From Octopus vulgaris (taxonomy: Eukaryota), in NCBI GenBank assembly GCA_951406725.2, contig OX597823.1, forward strand, positions 45,136,001 to 45,200,000: a stretch of DNA of 64,000 nt, given 5' to 3'. Under the pieces are notes generated by a model that was given only the letters and a program-made list of their open reading frames with translations, ran no database searches and had not been told where the DNA came from. A program made the translations under genes and the position numbers. Of the stretch, positions 13,641 to 27,580 are shown in pieces (position 1 is the stretch's first letter; the number at the start of each line of letters is the position of its first letter).

Positions 13641-14948
13641 AAATTTTCAAAAAATTTTTGGGTAAAATTTTCGGTGAAAATTTTTGGTGAAAATTTTCGA
13701 AAAAGTTTTGGGTAAAATTTTCGGTGAAAATTTTCGAAAAATTTTTGGGGAAAATTTTTAGGAAAATTTTCGGTGAAAATTTTCGAAAAATTTTTTTGGG
13801 TAAAATTTTCGGTGAAAATTTTCGGAAAATTTTTTTTCGGGTAAAATTTTCGAAAATTTTGGGTAAAATTTTCGAAAAAGTTTTGGGTAAAATTTTCGAA
13901 AAATTTTTGGGGAAAATTTTCGGTGAAAATTTTCGAAAAATTCTTGGGGAAAATTTTTCGAAAAACTTTTGGTGAAAATTTTCGAAAAACTTTGGGTAAA
14001 ATATTCGGCGAAAATTTTCGAAACACTTTTGGTGAAAATTTTCGAAAAACTTTTGGTGAAAATTTTCGAAAAATTTTTGGGTAAAATTTTCAGTGAAAAT
14101 TTTCGAAAAATTTTTGTGGAAAATTTTCTGTGAAAATTTTCGAAAAACTTTTGGTGAAAATTTTCGAAAAATTTTTGGGAAAATTTTCGAAAAATTTTTG
14201 GGAAAAATTTTTGGGTAAAATTTTCGGTGAAAATTTTCGAAAAATTTTTGGTGAAAATTTTCGAAAAATTTTTGGGTAAAATTTTCGGTGAAAATTTTCG
14301 AAAAATTCTTGAGGAAAATTTTCGGTGAAAATTTTCGAAAAATTCTTGGGGAAAATTTTCGAAAAACTTTTGGTGAAAATTTTCGAAAAACTTTTGGGTA
14401 AAATATTCGGCGAAAATTTTCGAAACACTTTTGGTGAAAATTTTCGAAAAATTTTTGGTGAAAATTTTCGAAAAATTTTTGGGTAAATTTTCGGAAAATT
14501 CTTCGCTAAAATTTTCAGTGAAAATTTTCGAAAAATTTTGGGTAAAATTTTCGAAAAATTTTTGGGTAAAATTTTCTGTTAAAATTTTCGAAAAATTCTT
14601 GGGGAAAATTTTCGAAAAACTTTTGGTGAAAATTTTCGAAAAATATTTGGGGAAAATTTTCGGTGAAAATTTTCGAAAAACTTTTGGTGAAAATTTTCGA
14701 AAAATTTTTGGGTAAAATTTTCGAAAAATTTTGGGGAAAAATTTTTGGTGAAAATTTTCGAAAAATTTTCGGGTAAAATTTTCGGTGAAAATTTTCGAAA
14801 AAGTTTTGGGAAAATTTTCGGTGAAAATTTTCGAAAAATTCTTGGGGAAAATTTTCGAAAAACTTTTGGTGAAAATTTTCGAAAAACTTTTGGGTAAAAT
14901 ATTTGGCGAAAACTTTCGAAATACTTGTGGTGAAAATTTTCGAAAAAC
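13640..14948. repeat. Phased A4-5/T4-6 satellite (GAAAATTTTC-like units, about 10-14 bp) with higher-order blocks
   Basis: AAAATTTT tracts separated by CG, GGTG, GGGT or GGGG. Marker TTCTTGGGG at 13941, 14343, 14596 and 14839; marker ATATT(C/T)GGCG at 14001, 14403 and 14899. Confidence 0.95.
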
Positions 14949-15969
14949 CATTGATTGGATCAACTGGAACACTCATTGATTGGATCAACTCATTGATTGG
15001 ATCAACTCATTGATTGGATCAACTGGAACACTCATCATCATAACCAATGGAGTGCCAGTTCTGCTCTCTGAGTTCAAATCCAGCTAAGTTCCACTGAACC
15101 AGGCATCTCTTCAGGTTTAATAAATAGCATACCATTTTAGCTCTGGGGTGAATTCCACCTTCTCTCTCCTTCACTCTGCAATGTAACTGTAATTCAAAGA
15201 ACCAACCTTGTCACAAGGTGTCATCTTGACAGAATCAGTGGAATTTCAGAAACACATGCTTTTCTGTATTTCTTTATATTCAGAGTTCAAATCCTAAGTC
15301 CACTTAGCTTTTAAAGTACTAGTTAAGTACAATTTAATTTATAAACGCCCTCTGCAAAATTTCAGGCCTTCTGAGTGGTCAGCTGGCAGAATCATTAGCA
15401 TACTGGGTGAAATGCTTAACAGCATTTGTCCATCTTCATGTTCTAAGTTCAAATTTCACTGAGGCGGACTTGACCTTTCATCCTTTTGGGGTTGATGAAA
15501 TAAGTATCAGTTAAGCACTGGGATCAATGTAATTGACTATCCCCCACCCTGCAAAATTTCAGGCCTTTTGCCTATAGTAGAAAGAATTATTATTATTATT
15601 TTATTATAATCATCATTATTTCTGTTTATTTATTCTAGTAAATATATACCGTATTGATCTCACTAGTTCTCAAAAGGTTTTTGAAGGTCAAGGGTCATGA
15701 ATTTTTTCCTTCCTTCTTACAAGACCAACTATTAACAATTGTTTCTAATTTAGACAGAAGGCCAGCAAATTTAAAGGAAAATAGGTTAGACAGTTACATA
15801 AACCCCATTTGATGACTGGAACTTTATTTTATCAACCCTGGATGTATGAAAGGCAAAATTAACCTTAACAGGAGCTGGCCAATATCCTACACTGTTGCAT
15901 CTAATGTTTATTGGTAGCACCAAAACTTTAAACAATAAGGCATGGAGGAAAGATTTTTTATGTAATTAA

Positions 15970-17700
15970 AAAAACCCGAAAAACTATCATAAACATATCT
16001 TGCCAAATCATTCAAATATTTGTTGTGGTCTGGTAGTTTAAAATCACACTTTTGTAAGAACAAGTCCAAATTTTAGTTTCGTTGTTTTGACACACAATCT
16101 GAGCAGTTCTCATAATATACAATATTATCTTAAGAAAGAAATTATTTCGTGTTTCGCATACTTGTGCTTCATTGTATTAGATTCTAGCAAGTTCCAAATG
16201 GTCTTTCTTTTATCTCATTTTACAATTCAGTTTATTTCACCATTCTATTTAAAGAACAGCTGAATAGTTGATAAATAAATTCCAGAACATGTATTTGAGA
16301 ATTGTGCTTCCAAGTAATTCAATCCTCTTGTAATTGACTATAACAGACACACACACACACACACCTGTTTCTCATTATTCTGTAGCTTTTTAGATTCTTC
16401 CATCAGAATAGGGGAAAATATCTGGGCTGTTGATAGTCATAACAGAATCTCTTTGAAAGGTAATTGCATGAATAGTAGGAACAGCTGGAGTATAAAGATA
16501 GAAAAGGAGAAAAAAAATCATTATTGAATACTAAGTAATACTTGATACGAAGTGAAATCAAGTAAAATCTATTGATTTCATACACAATTATAAGGCCTTG
16601 GATATATAAAAAGAAATAGGAAATGAAATAGTGTTAAATGTGGGTCTCTCTCAAAGGGTATTAGCAATAGAAATGAAGGAAAACACTTTTAATCAAGGAG
16701 TGATATTGGATCACAAGAACTATACAATGCTCAATGCTGGACATCCAGACACACATGAATATATAATGGTAAAAGCAATAACTTGACCCTGTATATGAAA
16801 CATATATTCAATCTGTCTTGCTCTGAACTGAAACATTCTTGAATCACTTTCTGCTCACAATTCTTGCAAAATACTGACTGGCAAAAATTCAAACCAACTA
16901 ACCAACCGACCAGCCAACCAGACAACCCCCACCAACCATCCCACCAACCAACCAGCCAACCAACCAACCAACCAACCAACCAGTCAACCAACCAACCAGC
17001 CAGCCAGCCAACCAGCCAACCAACCAGCCAACCAGCCAACCAACCAACCAACCAACCAACCAACCAACCAACCAACCAACCAACCAACCAACCAACCAAC
17101 CAACCAATCAACCAACCAACCAACCAACCACCTACCCACCCACCCACCAAACAACCAACCAACCAACCAACCAATCCACCAACCAACCAACCAACCAACC
17201 AACCAACCAACCAGCCAGCCGACCAACCAACCAACCAACCAACCAACCCACCAATCAACCAACCAACCACCCCACCAACCCACCAACCAACTAACCAGCC
17301 AGCCAGCCAGCCAGTTTATCCTCAACAGTCTCAGACGGCACACATGTAACATAAGCTCTGCCATTCTTCTTCAATCAAAGAAAAAAGAACAACTGTGTCT
17401 ATACATAATTTCTCTATTTCTTCTGTGAAATCAGAAGATAGAAATCATTCAATGGAATAATGGTAATAAGATGGAAACCGTGTTTTGAAATGTCTAACCT
17501 TTCTCTGACCAGATTCCTCATGGAAATACGCGGTCCATGTGTTTGCGTTAATTATGAAAGTAATCAGGTATTTGGAGGATCTTATTAAAATAACTAACTT
17601 TACTATTATTATTAAGCTTGAATCTTAAACATAAATTAGAGAAAATGGTCTGATAAATATTTTATCATTCTCTATTTACTGAACTGCTAAGTAGCTACAG
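15970..17700 (-). pseudogene. Possible very old L1/Tx1-like RT remnant split by an (AACC)n array
   Basis: Only weak motif traces (IRPFSLIYV resembling RPISLLN) in non-repetitive AT-rich sequence with many stops. Confidence 0.25.
16891..17313. repeat. (AACC)n/(AGCC)n tetranucleotide array
   Basis: About 420 bp imperfect array; explains the QPTN and WLVG ORFs. Confidence 0.96.
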
Positions 17701-18533
17701 AACATAAGAGGACACAACTAAACATCGACTTTTTTACATGGTTGTAAACACAAACACTTGACAGACACATACATACACACACACACAAAAACACACACAC
17801 TTGCACATAAAGACATACACACACACACACACATGCAGACATACATTCAAACACATACACAGACATACACACACATACACACACAAGCAGATACTCACAC
17901 AAACACACATACATGCACACACACATACAAAGACACATGCACACACACACACGCATCTTAATTTTTTATGTTTTAACTTGTTTCAGTCATTAGTCTATGG
18001 CCATGTTGGGGCATTGCCTTGAAGAATTTTCAGTCAAATGAATTAGCCCCAATTCTTATTTTCGATTAGCCTAGTACTTATTCTATTGGTTCTTTTTGGC
18101 AAACTGCTAAGTTACAGGAACATGAACATACTAACACTGGTTGTCAAACTGTGGTGGAGGACAAACACAGTCACAAATACACACCAAACACACACCACCT
18201 CTTACATTAACAGTAGCTGTGTCTGTGGAATATCCAGAAATTTACAAGTTCACTCAGTGAACCTGACTGTTTAGTTGGGCAAACAGTGAAACACTTCCAG
18301 CAGTCTTTTCTACTCTAGGCGCAAGGCCCGAAATTTTTTTAGGGAAGGGACCAGTCAATTAGATCAACTCCAGTATGCAGCTGGTACTTAATTTATCGAC
18401 CCTGAAAAGATGAAAGCCAAAGTCGACCTCGGTGGAATTTAAACTCAGAACGTAAAGACAGATGAAATACTGCTAAGCATTTCATCCAGCATGCTAACAT
18501 TTCTGCCAGCTTGCTGCCTTGAAATACTTCCAG

Positions 18534-19157
18534 CAGTGATTCTCAAATAGGGTCCGTATGACTCTTGAGGGGTCCATATAAGAATTTTGGAGGTCCATTT
18601 AAGCAAAATAATTAATTGGGTATCCACTGTAATATTTTAAGGGTCCATGAAAAAAAAAAACTTTAGATATATTTATTGCAAGAGACAGCTAGCTTTCTTT
18701 CTTTAATATCTTATGTACCGGTGCAGCAGACAAGTTCCTCCGATTTCAATGGTTAATGAAAAACAAATGCATATAGATACAAGAAAAAAATGATGCTCTC
18801 CACTCCAGGCCATGGTGAGTACTATCTGAAATAGAAAAAAAAAATTGCATTTAATGAACTTCATAGAAATAAAAAGTTTTTTCATGTATCTTCATGTGTT
18901 TGTTTTTTATTAACCTTTGAAATCACGGCAACCAGTCTATCACACCCTGTAGTTCAAAATATTGCAAGCTACTGAAACATGTTCTCTGAGAAAGTGCTAT
19001 GACAAACCTATACAAGTGATCATGTGAAAAATGAAATAGGAATATTGAAATAACTAACTATAAAATTAGTTTTGAAGCATTGAATAGTTATTGGGGTCCA
19101 CAAGAATAAAATGGTAATTGAAGAGGTCTGTAGATAATAAATGGTTGAGAACTACTG
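18534..19157. mobile_element. Non-autonomous hAT (Charlie-like) element
   Basis: TIRs CAGTGATTCTCAA / TTGAGAACTACTG and subterminal GGGTCC repeats; 8-bp TSD not recognisable. Confidence 0.7.
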
Positions 19158-19598
19158 ATGTCTAATCAGGAATTCTGATTGAGATCCATTTTGTTATCCA
19201 GCTTCAGGCAAGCCCTCATAAAGCAGGTCTATGTTTGATCTAAGACGTTCCAGGCATGACCAACCAGACATAGTGAATCTAAGACAATGGTATTATCCAA
19301 TGATTCTGTTCTTCTTTTTTAAGATATAATAATTGTGATATGAGAGAGATTTAGCTGCTATTTCTAGCAAATTGAGCAAATGTTATAGAGGTTCTCTCAG
19401 TATGTGTGTGTGTGTTTGTGTGTGCGTGTGTGTGTGTAGGGGATGCTATCTCCCAGAATATTTCAACAGATTCTCATGCTGAGGCTGTTTATAGCCATTC
19501 ACATCTGAATGAATGATTTTTCTGTCCCTGGAGAGGAGACCTAGCATTTGTAGTACGGTCATTGTGTACACCGTGTGTGCATGTGACTGCTAACAGAC

Positions 19599-19677
<79 letters not shown>

Positions 19678-20524
19678 GAAAGTGGGAGAGAAAGATGGTG
19701 TGGTGGTTGTGGTAGTGATGATAGTTATCAAATTTCAAAAGCCTTTAGGAATAAGTGAACAACAAGAGGAACTAATCAAACACTTAGGTGATGGTGGTCA
19801 TAACTAATGAGTTCTGGCACACATCAAGCTTAAGGAAACTAAAAGATTAATTTTTTTCTTGTTTTCGTTGTTGTTGTTGTTGTTGTTTTGTTCAGCTTTC
19901 TCTCATTCCTTGACATGGAATTGGTGCTGGACTCTACACAAATTTCTTATGATTTTTTCGATTTTGTGAACCACATTTGGCTATAGAATTTTATCAACAA
20001 AGGGCAAGGAGGAGGAGGTGGAAGAGAGGGAGAGGAAGAGATGGAGAGGAAGAGAGGGGGAAGGAGGCGGTAGAGGACTCCAATGAGGAGGAGGAGGAGG
20101 AAGAAGAAGAAGAAGAAGAAGAAGAAAGAAGGAAAAGGAGAAAAAGAAGAAAAGAAACGAAGTATGTGAATAATGAGGAAGGGAAGTGGGGAGATGACTA
20201 ACTATGATAACAATTCTTCAACAACAACTATAACTACAACAACAACAACAACATACAGTTTTAGAGAAAACAGGAAAAGAAAATAGATAAATAATGTTGA
20301 TCACTTTGTTTGAAATAGGTTTAATGTTAGGACAGGAGCAATTAATTATAGACACTGGTAGACAAGAATGTGTGCTTCGTTAAGAGGAAAACTTATTAGC
20401 CACAAGATTAGTATTAATGTACTGTGGTGCATTCTCGTATTGATGTATTGGCAATAGTGTATTAGTGGTGGGAGTATTGGTGAGTGGTGTGTACTAGTGT
20501 ATTAGTTGAAGCTAGAATGGTGTT

Positions 20525-20910
20525 TTGGTTGCAGTAGTAGTAGTAGTAGTGGTGGTGGTGGTTGTGTTGGTGGTGGTTGTGATGGTGGTTGTGGTAGTAG
20601 TAGTAGTGGTGGTGGTTGTGGTGGTGGTTGTGGTTGTGGCTGTGGTTGCAGTGGTTGTAGTTGTGGTTGCGGTGGTTGTGGTTGTGGTTGTGGTTGTGGT
20701 GGTGGTGGTGGTTGTGGTGGTGGTGGTGGTGTGGTGGTGGTGGTGGGGGTGGTGGTGGTGGTGGTTGTGGTGGTGGTGGTGGTGGGGGGTTGTGGTGGTG
20801 GTTGTTGCTGTGGTGGTTGTAGTGGTGTTGATGGCGGTGGTGGTGGCAGTGGTGGTATTGGTGATGGTGGTATTTGTGGTATTGGTGGTGGTGGTGGTGG
20901 TGTGGTAGTA
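20525..20910. repeat. (GGT)n/(GGTTGT)n low-complexity array
   Basis: Directly visible; explains the Gly/Cys, poly-Val and poly-Thr ORFs. Confidence 0.95.
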
Positions 20911-21221
20911 ATAGTGGTTGAAATCGTTATCTTTTAGTTTCAAATCAACTCTGATCAACCTGCACACCACCTCCCTACCCACTCTGATTTAAGGAGTTCA
21001 AATACTGATTATCTTGTCCGTCCCCTTTTGTTGTTTTTTTCTCCAGATATGCTGTATCTGAGACTATATCCTCTAATGAGTCCTTCCTTTTCTAAAACGG
21101 TAAAGTAGTGTGGTACAAAGAAGATTTGGCTGCTACTTCTAGTTGGTTGAGTAACCACATATAGACACCATTGGTGATTCTTGATATCGTAGTGAAATGG
21201 TGTTAGCAGCTACTATAGTGG

Positions 21222-21222
<1 letters not shown>

Positions 21223-21290
<68 letters not shown>

Positions 21291-21304
21291 GGATGATGAT
21301 GAGG

Positions 21305-21336
<32 letters not shown>

Positions 21337-21445
21337 GATGATGAAGGTGGTGATGATAAGAATGATGATGTTGATGGCAGTGGTGGTGATGATAAGAATG
21401 AGGATGATGATGATGATGATGATGGTGATGGTGATGGTGATGCTA
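21223..21445. repeat. (GAT)n microsatellite
   Basis: Directly visible. Confidence 0.96.
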
Positions 21446-22161
21446 ATCATCCTCACCATCACCACCAAAATAACCACCATCATTATCATTATTGTAAAAC
21501 CTCAGCCCCCACCTTCTCTAACCACAACCACTGTCACTACTACACTCCGACCACCACTATCACCATCAGCTTCATCATAAGCAGTTTTATCTATTACCAT
21601 TCAAATTATTCAATTCCAACTCCTCCACCACTTCCACCACCACTTCCACCACCACCACCACCGCCACTACCACCATACACCACGCCCACCACCATTTATT
21701 TTGCAATTACCATAACAGCAGTCATCATAATCATAATGCAAATCATCAACACCTTCCAAATAATTATTGTAAAAATACTACCACTAATTCTAAAACCATA
21801 ACAATGCCACCACTACCATTTCCATCTGCAACACCAACAACAACAATATCTTCATCATCATCATTGGAAGCAACATCACCATTCATTATATTCACCCTCA
21901 CTTCGTCCATCTATCTTTCTCCTTTTTTTCCTTTTGTTCTACCATAGTTTGCTGAACGCAATTACCTCTACCACCAACACCATCCCTACCCCTCACCCCC
22001 TATGTACGCCTCCATTATCGACTCATTCACTAAATTCTGCTATTGTGACTCAGTGGATGCACTGAAAAGTTCCTGAATAAACATTACAGTAATGAAATTC
22101 ACCTTTTCACACATCCATATTTTTAAAATCTCTTAAAATGATAATAATAATAATAATAATA

Positions 22162-22193
<32 letters not shown>

Positions 22194-22411
22194 CATAATC
22201 ATAATCATAATAATAATAGTAAAATAATTGGTTTCAAATTGTGGGACAAGGTCCGCAATATCAGGGGTAGAGTAAGTTGATTACATTGACCCCCCCACCT
22301 CCGTGCTCAACTGGTACTTATTTTATCAACCTCGCAAAGATGAAAGGCAAAGTTGACCTTGGTGGAATTTGGACTCTGAGTGTAAAGTAGCTCTACCTAA
22401 TTTAGTATTAA

Positions 22412-22631
22412 CCCTTTCATTACTGTATTTATTTTGAGATGCTCTGTGTTGCTTTCAATTACTTTAAATATAACAAAGAATTTAGTAGAATAACATGGTT
22501 ATCATTAAGCTAGTGTTAGGAACATAAATTGTGGCTAAGGTTTGGTGGAAGATTTTAATTCAAAACTTATGAAAACAAGACATTTGTACTCAGAGCTAGG
22601 GCCGGTTTCAGCCGGGTTGGTAACGAAAGGG
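22412..22631. mobile_element. piggyBac-type MITE, 220 bp
   Basis: TTAA on both sides; TIRs CCCTTTCATTAC / GTAACGAAAGGG. A diverged relative lies in reverse orientation at about 56865-57090. Confidence 0.85.
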
Positions 22632-23435
22632 TTAAGTGAGAATTGCTTTTCATTGAGGCACAATCAGAAGCAAATTGAAGGAGAGAGAGTTACTTAATAT
22701 CATTGATCCCATTACTTAACTCTTATTTTATTGACCCTCCAAATGGATAAAAAGTATAGTTGACTTCAGTAAGATTTGAACTCAGAGTGTGAGCAGAATG
22801 AAATAAATTGCACTGCACATTTTCTGATGCTCTAACAATCCTGCCAGCTTATCACTACCCAGTAATAATTGCTTAGCTTGCATTCAGGCCATGTGGTACA
22901 CACACACACAAACACACATACACATGCACACACACACACACACACACACAACACATAAGTATAAATATGTATTCCTAAATACATACAAGCATTCGCATTG
23001 CACACACACATACATGCACATACACTCATTTTGTAGAAGTGATAAAGGCATTGTTTCTCAGTTTATACTTAGGTCTTTAAAGGTCTTTGCATTTTCCTAA
23101 GGAAATGAAATGAAATACTGCCTAACTCTTTACATCTATATATCTTAAAAGTCTAAATGCTTAACAGCCAATCTCTGTGTCTCTTTAGTAGAGTTTAGCA
23201 GAGGTACAGCGATGACTCTCAAGATATTTAGATATAATGATGTAAAGAGTTAAGTAGTTATTTCATTTGATTTCCTTTGGAAACTTCAGAGACCTTTTAT
23301 ATTTGTGTTCAAATAAACTAAGAAACAGTAGCTTCATTGCATCTAATCTTTATTTATTATTATTACTATTCTGTTCACTCCCGCATATATAGAATACTAA
23401 TAATATTTTCTACACCACCAAGAACATTATACATA

Positions 23436-23918
23436 TGAGGTCTGATCAAAAATTATCAAGACTGTTTCTAAAGTAACAGAGCTAAAGTACAGAGAGAGGA
23501 GCCACTCAGCACAAATTGACCTTGAGTTCTGTTGTGCATTCACACTAAGTTACAACATTCTTGCTCACTTTGGTTGTTTATAGCAGTGCTTGGAAGTAAA
23601 GTGTGTAGAGTGTGGTTGTCTCAAAAAGAAGATCAGGCTCCAACTGTACAGTATCTCCTTGACTGCATCAAGGAAGATAAAAACGTTTTGAAAATGGTCA
23701 TAACAGGTGACAAATTGTGAGTTTATGGTTATGACTCCCAAAATCAAGGCTCAGTATTCACTGTAGAAGACCTCAACAAAATTTCAAGGTATCAAGGAAA
23801 TCCAAGAATATGTGATGAGACGGCTGCTTGTTATCCTCCACAAAAAAACAGAAATCCTGTAATACTTCCATCAATGGAAATGATGCTGGACAAAATGCAT
23901 AGCATCAGAAGGGGACAG
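23436..23918 (+). mobile_element. Internally deleted mariner element
   Basis: TA-TGAGGTCTGATCAAAAA terminus; VITGDKL*VYGYD resembles the mariner ITGDETWVYGYD motif; C-terminal FHQWK*CWTKCIASEG. Confidence 0.75.
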
Positions 23919-24435
23919 ACTAGACTTCCAATCAGGTGGAATTGTTGGCCAGCTCACCAACCACATGAGGTGACATCATTCAAAAGCTAAAACAATGTAA
24001 AGTGGCAAAATGCATTGTGACCAGTGATGTATAACAACATCCAACAGTCTGCTCGATCACGTGATCACATGATATATATGTATTCATTGATCAATTAAAA
24101 ACTTGTTGGAAACAGCTGTAGTGCATAGACATATTATCCATTTCTTGTTATTTATTTATTATTCACTTCACTTGGAACCTGCTCCTTGAGTAGATCCGAA
24201 GTATATTATGGACTGTACATTTAGTGCAATGTGCATCTTCTGATTAGCCTCAGGGCTTATGATATTCTCAGTTCAGTACAGTTAATCATATACATAACCT
24301 GAATACCTTTCTGCCTGTACTTCAATACCTGTATATGTATTCCTCTAATTTTATTGTGTACACATTTTGCTTTTTGACCCAACATGGTGCCTTACCATTT
24401 AAGTGCCTGATTAACTTGAATCCTGATCTGTTATG

Positions 24436-24480
<45 letters not shown>

Positions 24481-24824
24481 TCATCATCATCATTGTTTAA
24501 TGTCTGTTTTCCATGCTGGCATAGTTTGGATGGTTTGACTGGGGTCTGGGAAGCCAGGAGGCTGCACTAGGTTCCAGTTTGATCTGGCAGTGTTTCTACA
24601 TCTGGATACTGTTCCGATTGCCAACTACTCCAAGAGTGTAGTGGGTGCTTTTTACGTGCCACCGGCACAGAGTCCAGAGGGGTTGGCATTGACCACGTTT
24701 GTATGGTACTTTTATGAGGCATCAGCACCGGAGCCAGTCAAGGTGGCACTGGCATCAGCCACGTTCCGATGGTGCTTTTATGTGCCACCGGCACAGAAGC
24801 CACTCGGAATGAGCTGTACATATA

Positions 24825-25048
24825 CAAAGGATGGGGGGTGTCTGAAAAATTCCTGGCTTTAAGGGTATCATGAAAAGTCTGTTTGGAAGCCCAACCTTCT
24901 GAGTTCTTTATCAGGACTTCAAAAAAGTGAAAAACCACTGGAAATAAGTGAGTGAATCTGAGAGAAGAATACGTTGGAAAAAATCCTAATTAACTGATCA
25001 TCCTACATTTTCTTTCACCCAAAGCCAGGAACTTTTCAGCACCCGTCA
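24825..25048. mobile_element. Mariner-derived MITE
   Basis: TIRs CTGAAAAATTCCTGGCTTT / AAAGCCAGGAACTTTTCAG. Related pieces at about 22055-22075, 37665-37990 (C-terminal NLRGEYVE*) and 62935-62962. Confidence 0.75.
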
Positions 25049-25695
25049 TGTGTGTGTGTGTATGCTTATATATACATACATACACACACACATACACACA
25101 TGCACACTAACACATGTGTATATGCTTGTATGTGTGTATATAAGTGTGGCTGTTTAATACATTCACACCAATACATTTCATCATACATTTACAATATGTT
25201 TGCCAAATTTGTATGAACCAATTCATCCATCAACATCATCATCATCATCATCATCTGCAGCAGCAGTGCTACAGCCAGCATCATAACACCCTCGCAACTG
25301 CACCATCCTGACCTCCATCACTACAACCTCCCCCAACTCAGTCACCTTATTTCTGCAATGACTGCCTCCATCTCCACAGCATCCACAGTCTGACCATTAA
25401 TACCTCCATTACCACAAACCCTTCCCAGCCTCCCCACCCCTCCCCCTGCTGTACCACCATCCCCCACTTGTCGCTACATCACCAATACTTACTTACCTCC
25501 ATCGCTACCGTCGTCACCATAATCACTCCGTAAAGCCCAATTTACAAGCAGCCTGTCACTTCTACTGCAGCCAAAATCAATAAAATAGATGACATTGGTG
25601 AATCAGAGAAGCTTATATATTGTCTACCTAATCAATGTTGAGGGATAGAGAGGAAGACACAGGGATATATCTATACATACATATGTACAAAATCA

Positions 25696-25740
<45 letters not shown>

Positions 25741-25860
25741 ACACACATGTGCACGTATGTTTATATATCTATATAAACATTTGTATATAGTATGTATGTG
25801 TATCTCTCTCTCCTATATATATATATTTATATATATATATATGTATGTATGTATGTATGT

Positions 25861-25891
<31 letters not shown>

Positions 25892-27580
25892 CATACATAC
25901 ATATGTATGTATATATATATATATACATATACATATACATACACACATATACACACACACATATATATATATATATAAATATATATACACACACATACAC
26001 ACACATATATATATATATATATGTGTGTGTGTTATAGTATATTCACACATACACATAAATACATACATACATGCATACATACATACACACGTACAAACAC
26101 AAATGTATGTATGTGTGTATGTATGTATGTATGTATGTATGTATGTATGTATGTATGCTAAAAGAGCAAGATATCTGTCTTTTTAGCTGTATTTTTCTCC
26201 TTTATATACTTTTGTCCTTCTGCTTCCTATGACTGATTTCAGTACCCTGTTGTCTTTCTCACACTACTTGCTACTTCCTCACAACTTACTAGTTATATAT
26301 ACTCTCTCTCTCTCTCTGAACATTTCTCTCTCTTCCCCCCTCTCTCTCTTTCTCTCTCTCTTTCTCAACATTTCTCTCTCTCTCTCTCCCATAATTTCTT
26401 TCTCACTCTCTCTACCCCTTCTTTCTCTCAACATTTTCCTCTTTCCCATCATTTCTCTCTCACTCACTCTTTCTCTCTCTCTCTCTCTCTGTCTCTCAAC
26501 ATTTCGCTCTCTCTCTCATCATTTTCCCTCTCTCTCTCTCTCATCATTTTTCTCTTACTCCTTCTCCCTCTCCCTTTCTCCCACCCTCTCCCACCCCCTC
26601 CCTCCCTCTCCCTCTCCCTCTCTCTCTCTCAAAATTTCTTTCTCTCTCCCATCATTTCTCTCTCCCTCCCATCATTTCTCACTCTCCTATCATTTCTCAC
26701 TATCCCATCATTTCTCTCTCTCTTTCACTCACTATCTTTTTTTCCCTCTCTCTTCTATAATAAACCACCATTGAATAAAAATTATAGTTCATACCCAGGC
26801 TAAGGATAAAAATGCTTTATTAATAGTTTATATTGCAGTTGCTAGCAACTATGGCTACTTACAGAGATTTAGAGGTCGTTTATGTTTTTCTACAAAAGTT
26901 ACTGGCTAAGACTTAGATATATAGTTTGAGTTTTGCTTCCGATTGAAAAAAAAAATGGGAAAAAAACAATTAAAAGGTGCATCTCAAAACATGCTGGTAA
27001 TTTATGTTATAGCTGATAACACTGGTAACGAGAAAGATTTAGCTTTAGTTCATTCTGAAATCCTGTTCAGGCTATGCCTTACACCGAAACATATGTATGT
27101 GGCAGTTTAATAGCACGACTCAGGTTATAGCAGTGATTTTCCTATGGATGGAAGCAATGCAGGGTGCATTGCAAAGACGAACTTGGTGCATGATATATAT
27201 TTGAAGATGTGATGTTAAACTTGAGAAAAAAAAAACCCAGGTGTGGCTGTGTGGTAAGAAGTTTGATTCCCAACCAGATGGTTCCAGGTTCAGTTTCACA
27301 GTGTAGAACCTTGGGCAAGTGTATTCTACTATTGCCCAGGGCCAACCAAAGCCTTTTGAGTGGATTTGGTTGACAGAAAATGAAAGAAGCTTGTTGTATA
27401 AACATACATACATACATACATACATACATACATACATACATGCATGCATACATAGATACATACATACATACATACATACATGCATACATAGATACATACA
27501 TACATACATACACACATACATACATACATACATACATACATGCATACATAGATACATACCTACATTACATACACACATAC

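Noticed and set aside
13758-14972. 404-aa ORF (FRKFSPKIF repeats), the longest in the window
   Set aside because: It is the translated satellite. Minus-strand stops need TTA, CTA or TCA on the plus strand, which the repeat grammar nearly excludes, so all minus frames are largely open.
16864-17349. QPTN-repeat mucin-like ORF
   Set aside because: Translation of (AACC)n, open in most frames, with no splice or domain context.
20506-20937. Gly/Cys-rich ORF resembling keratin-associated or metallothionein proteins; possible G-quadruplex
   Set aside because: Degenerate (GGT)n microsatellite; mostly GG runs only and no independent gene evidence.
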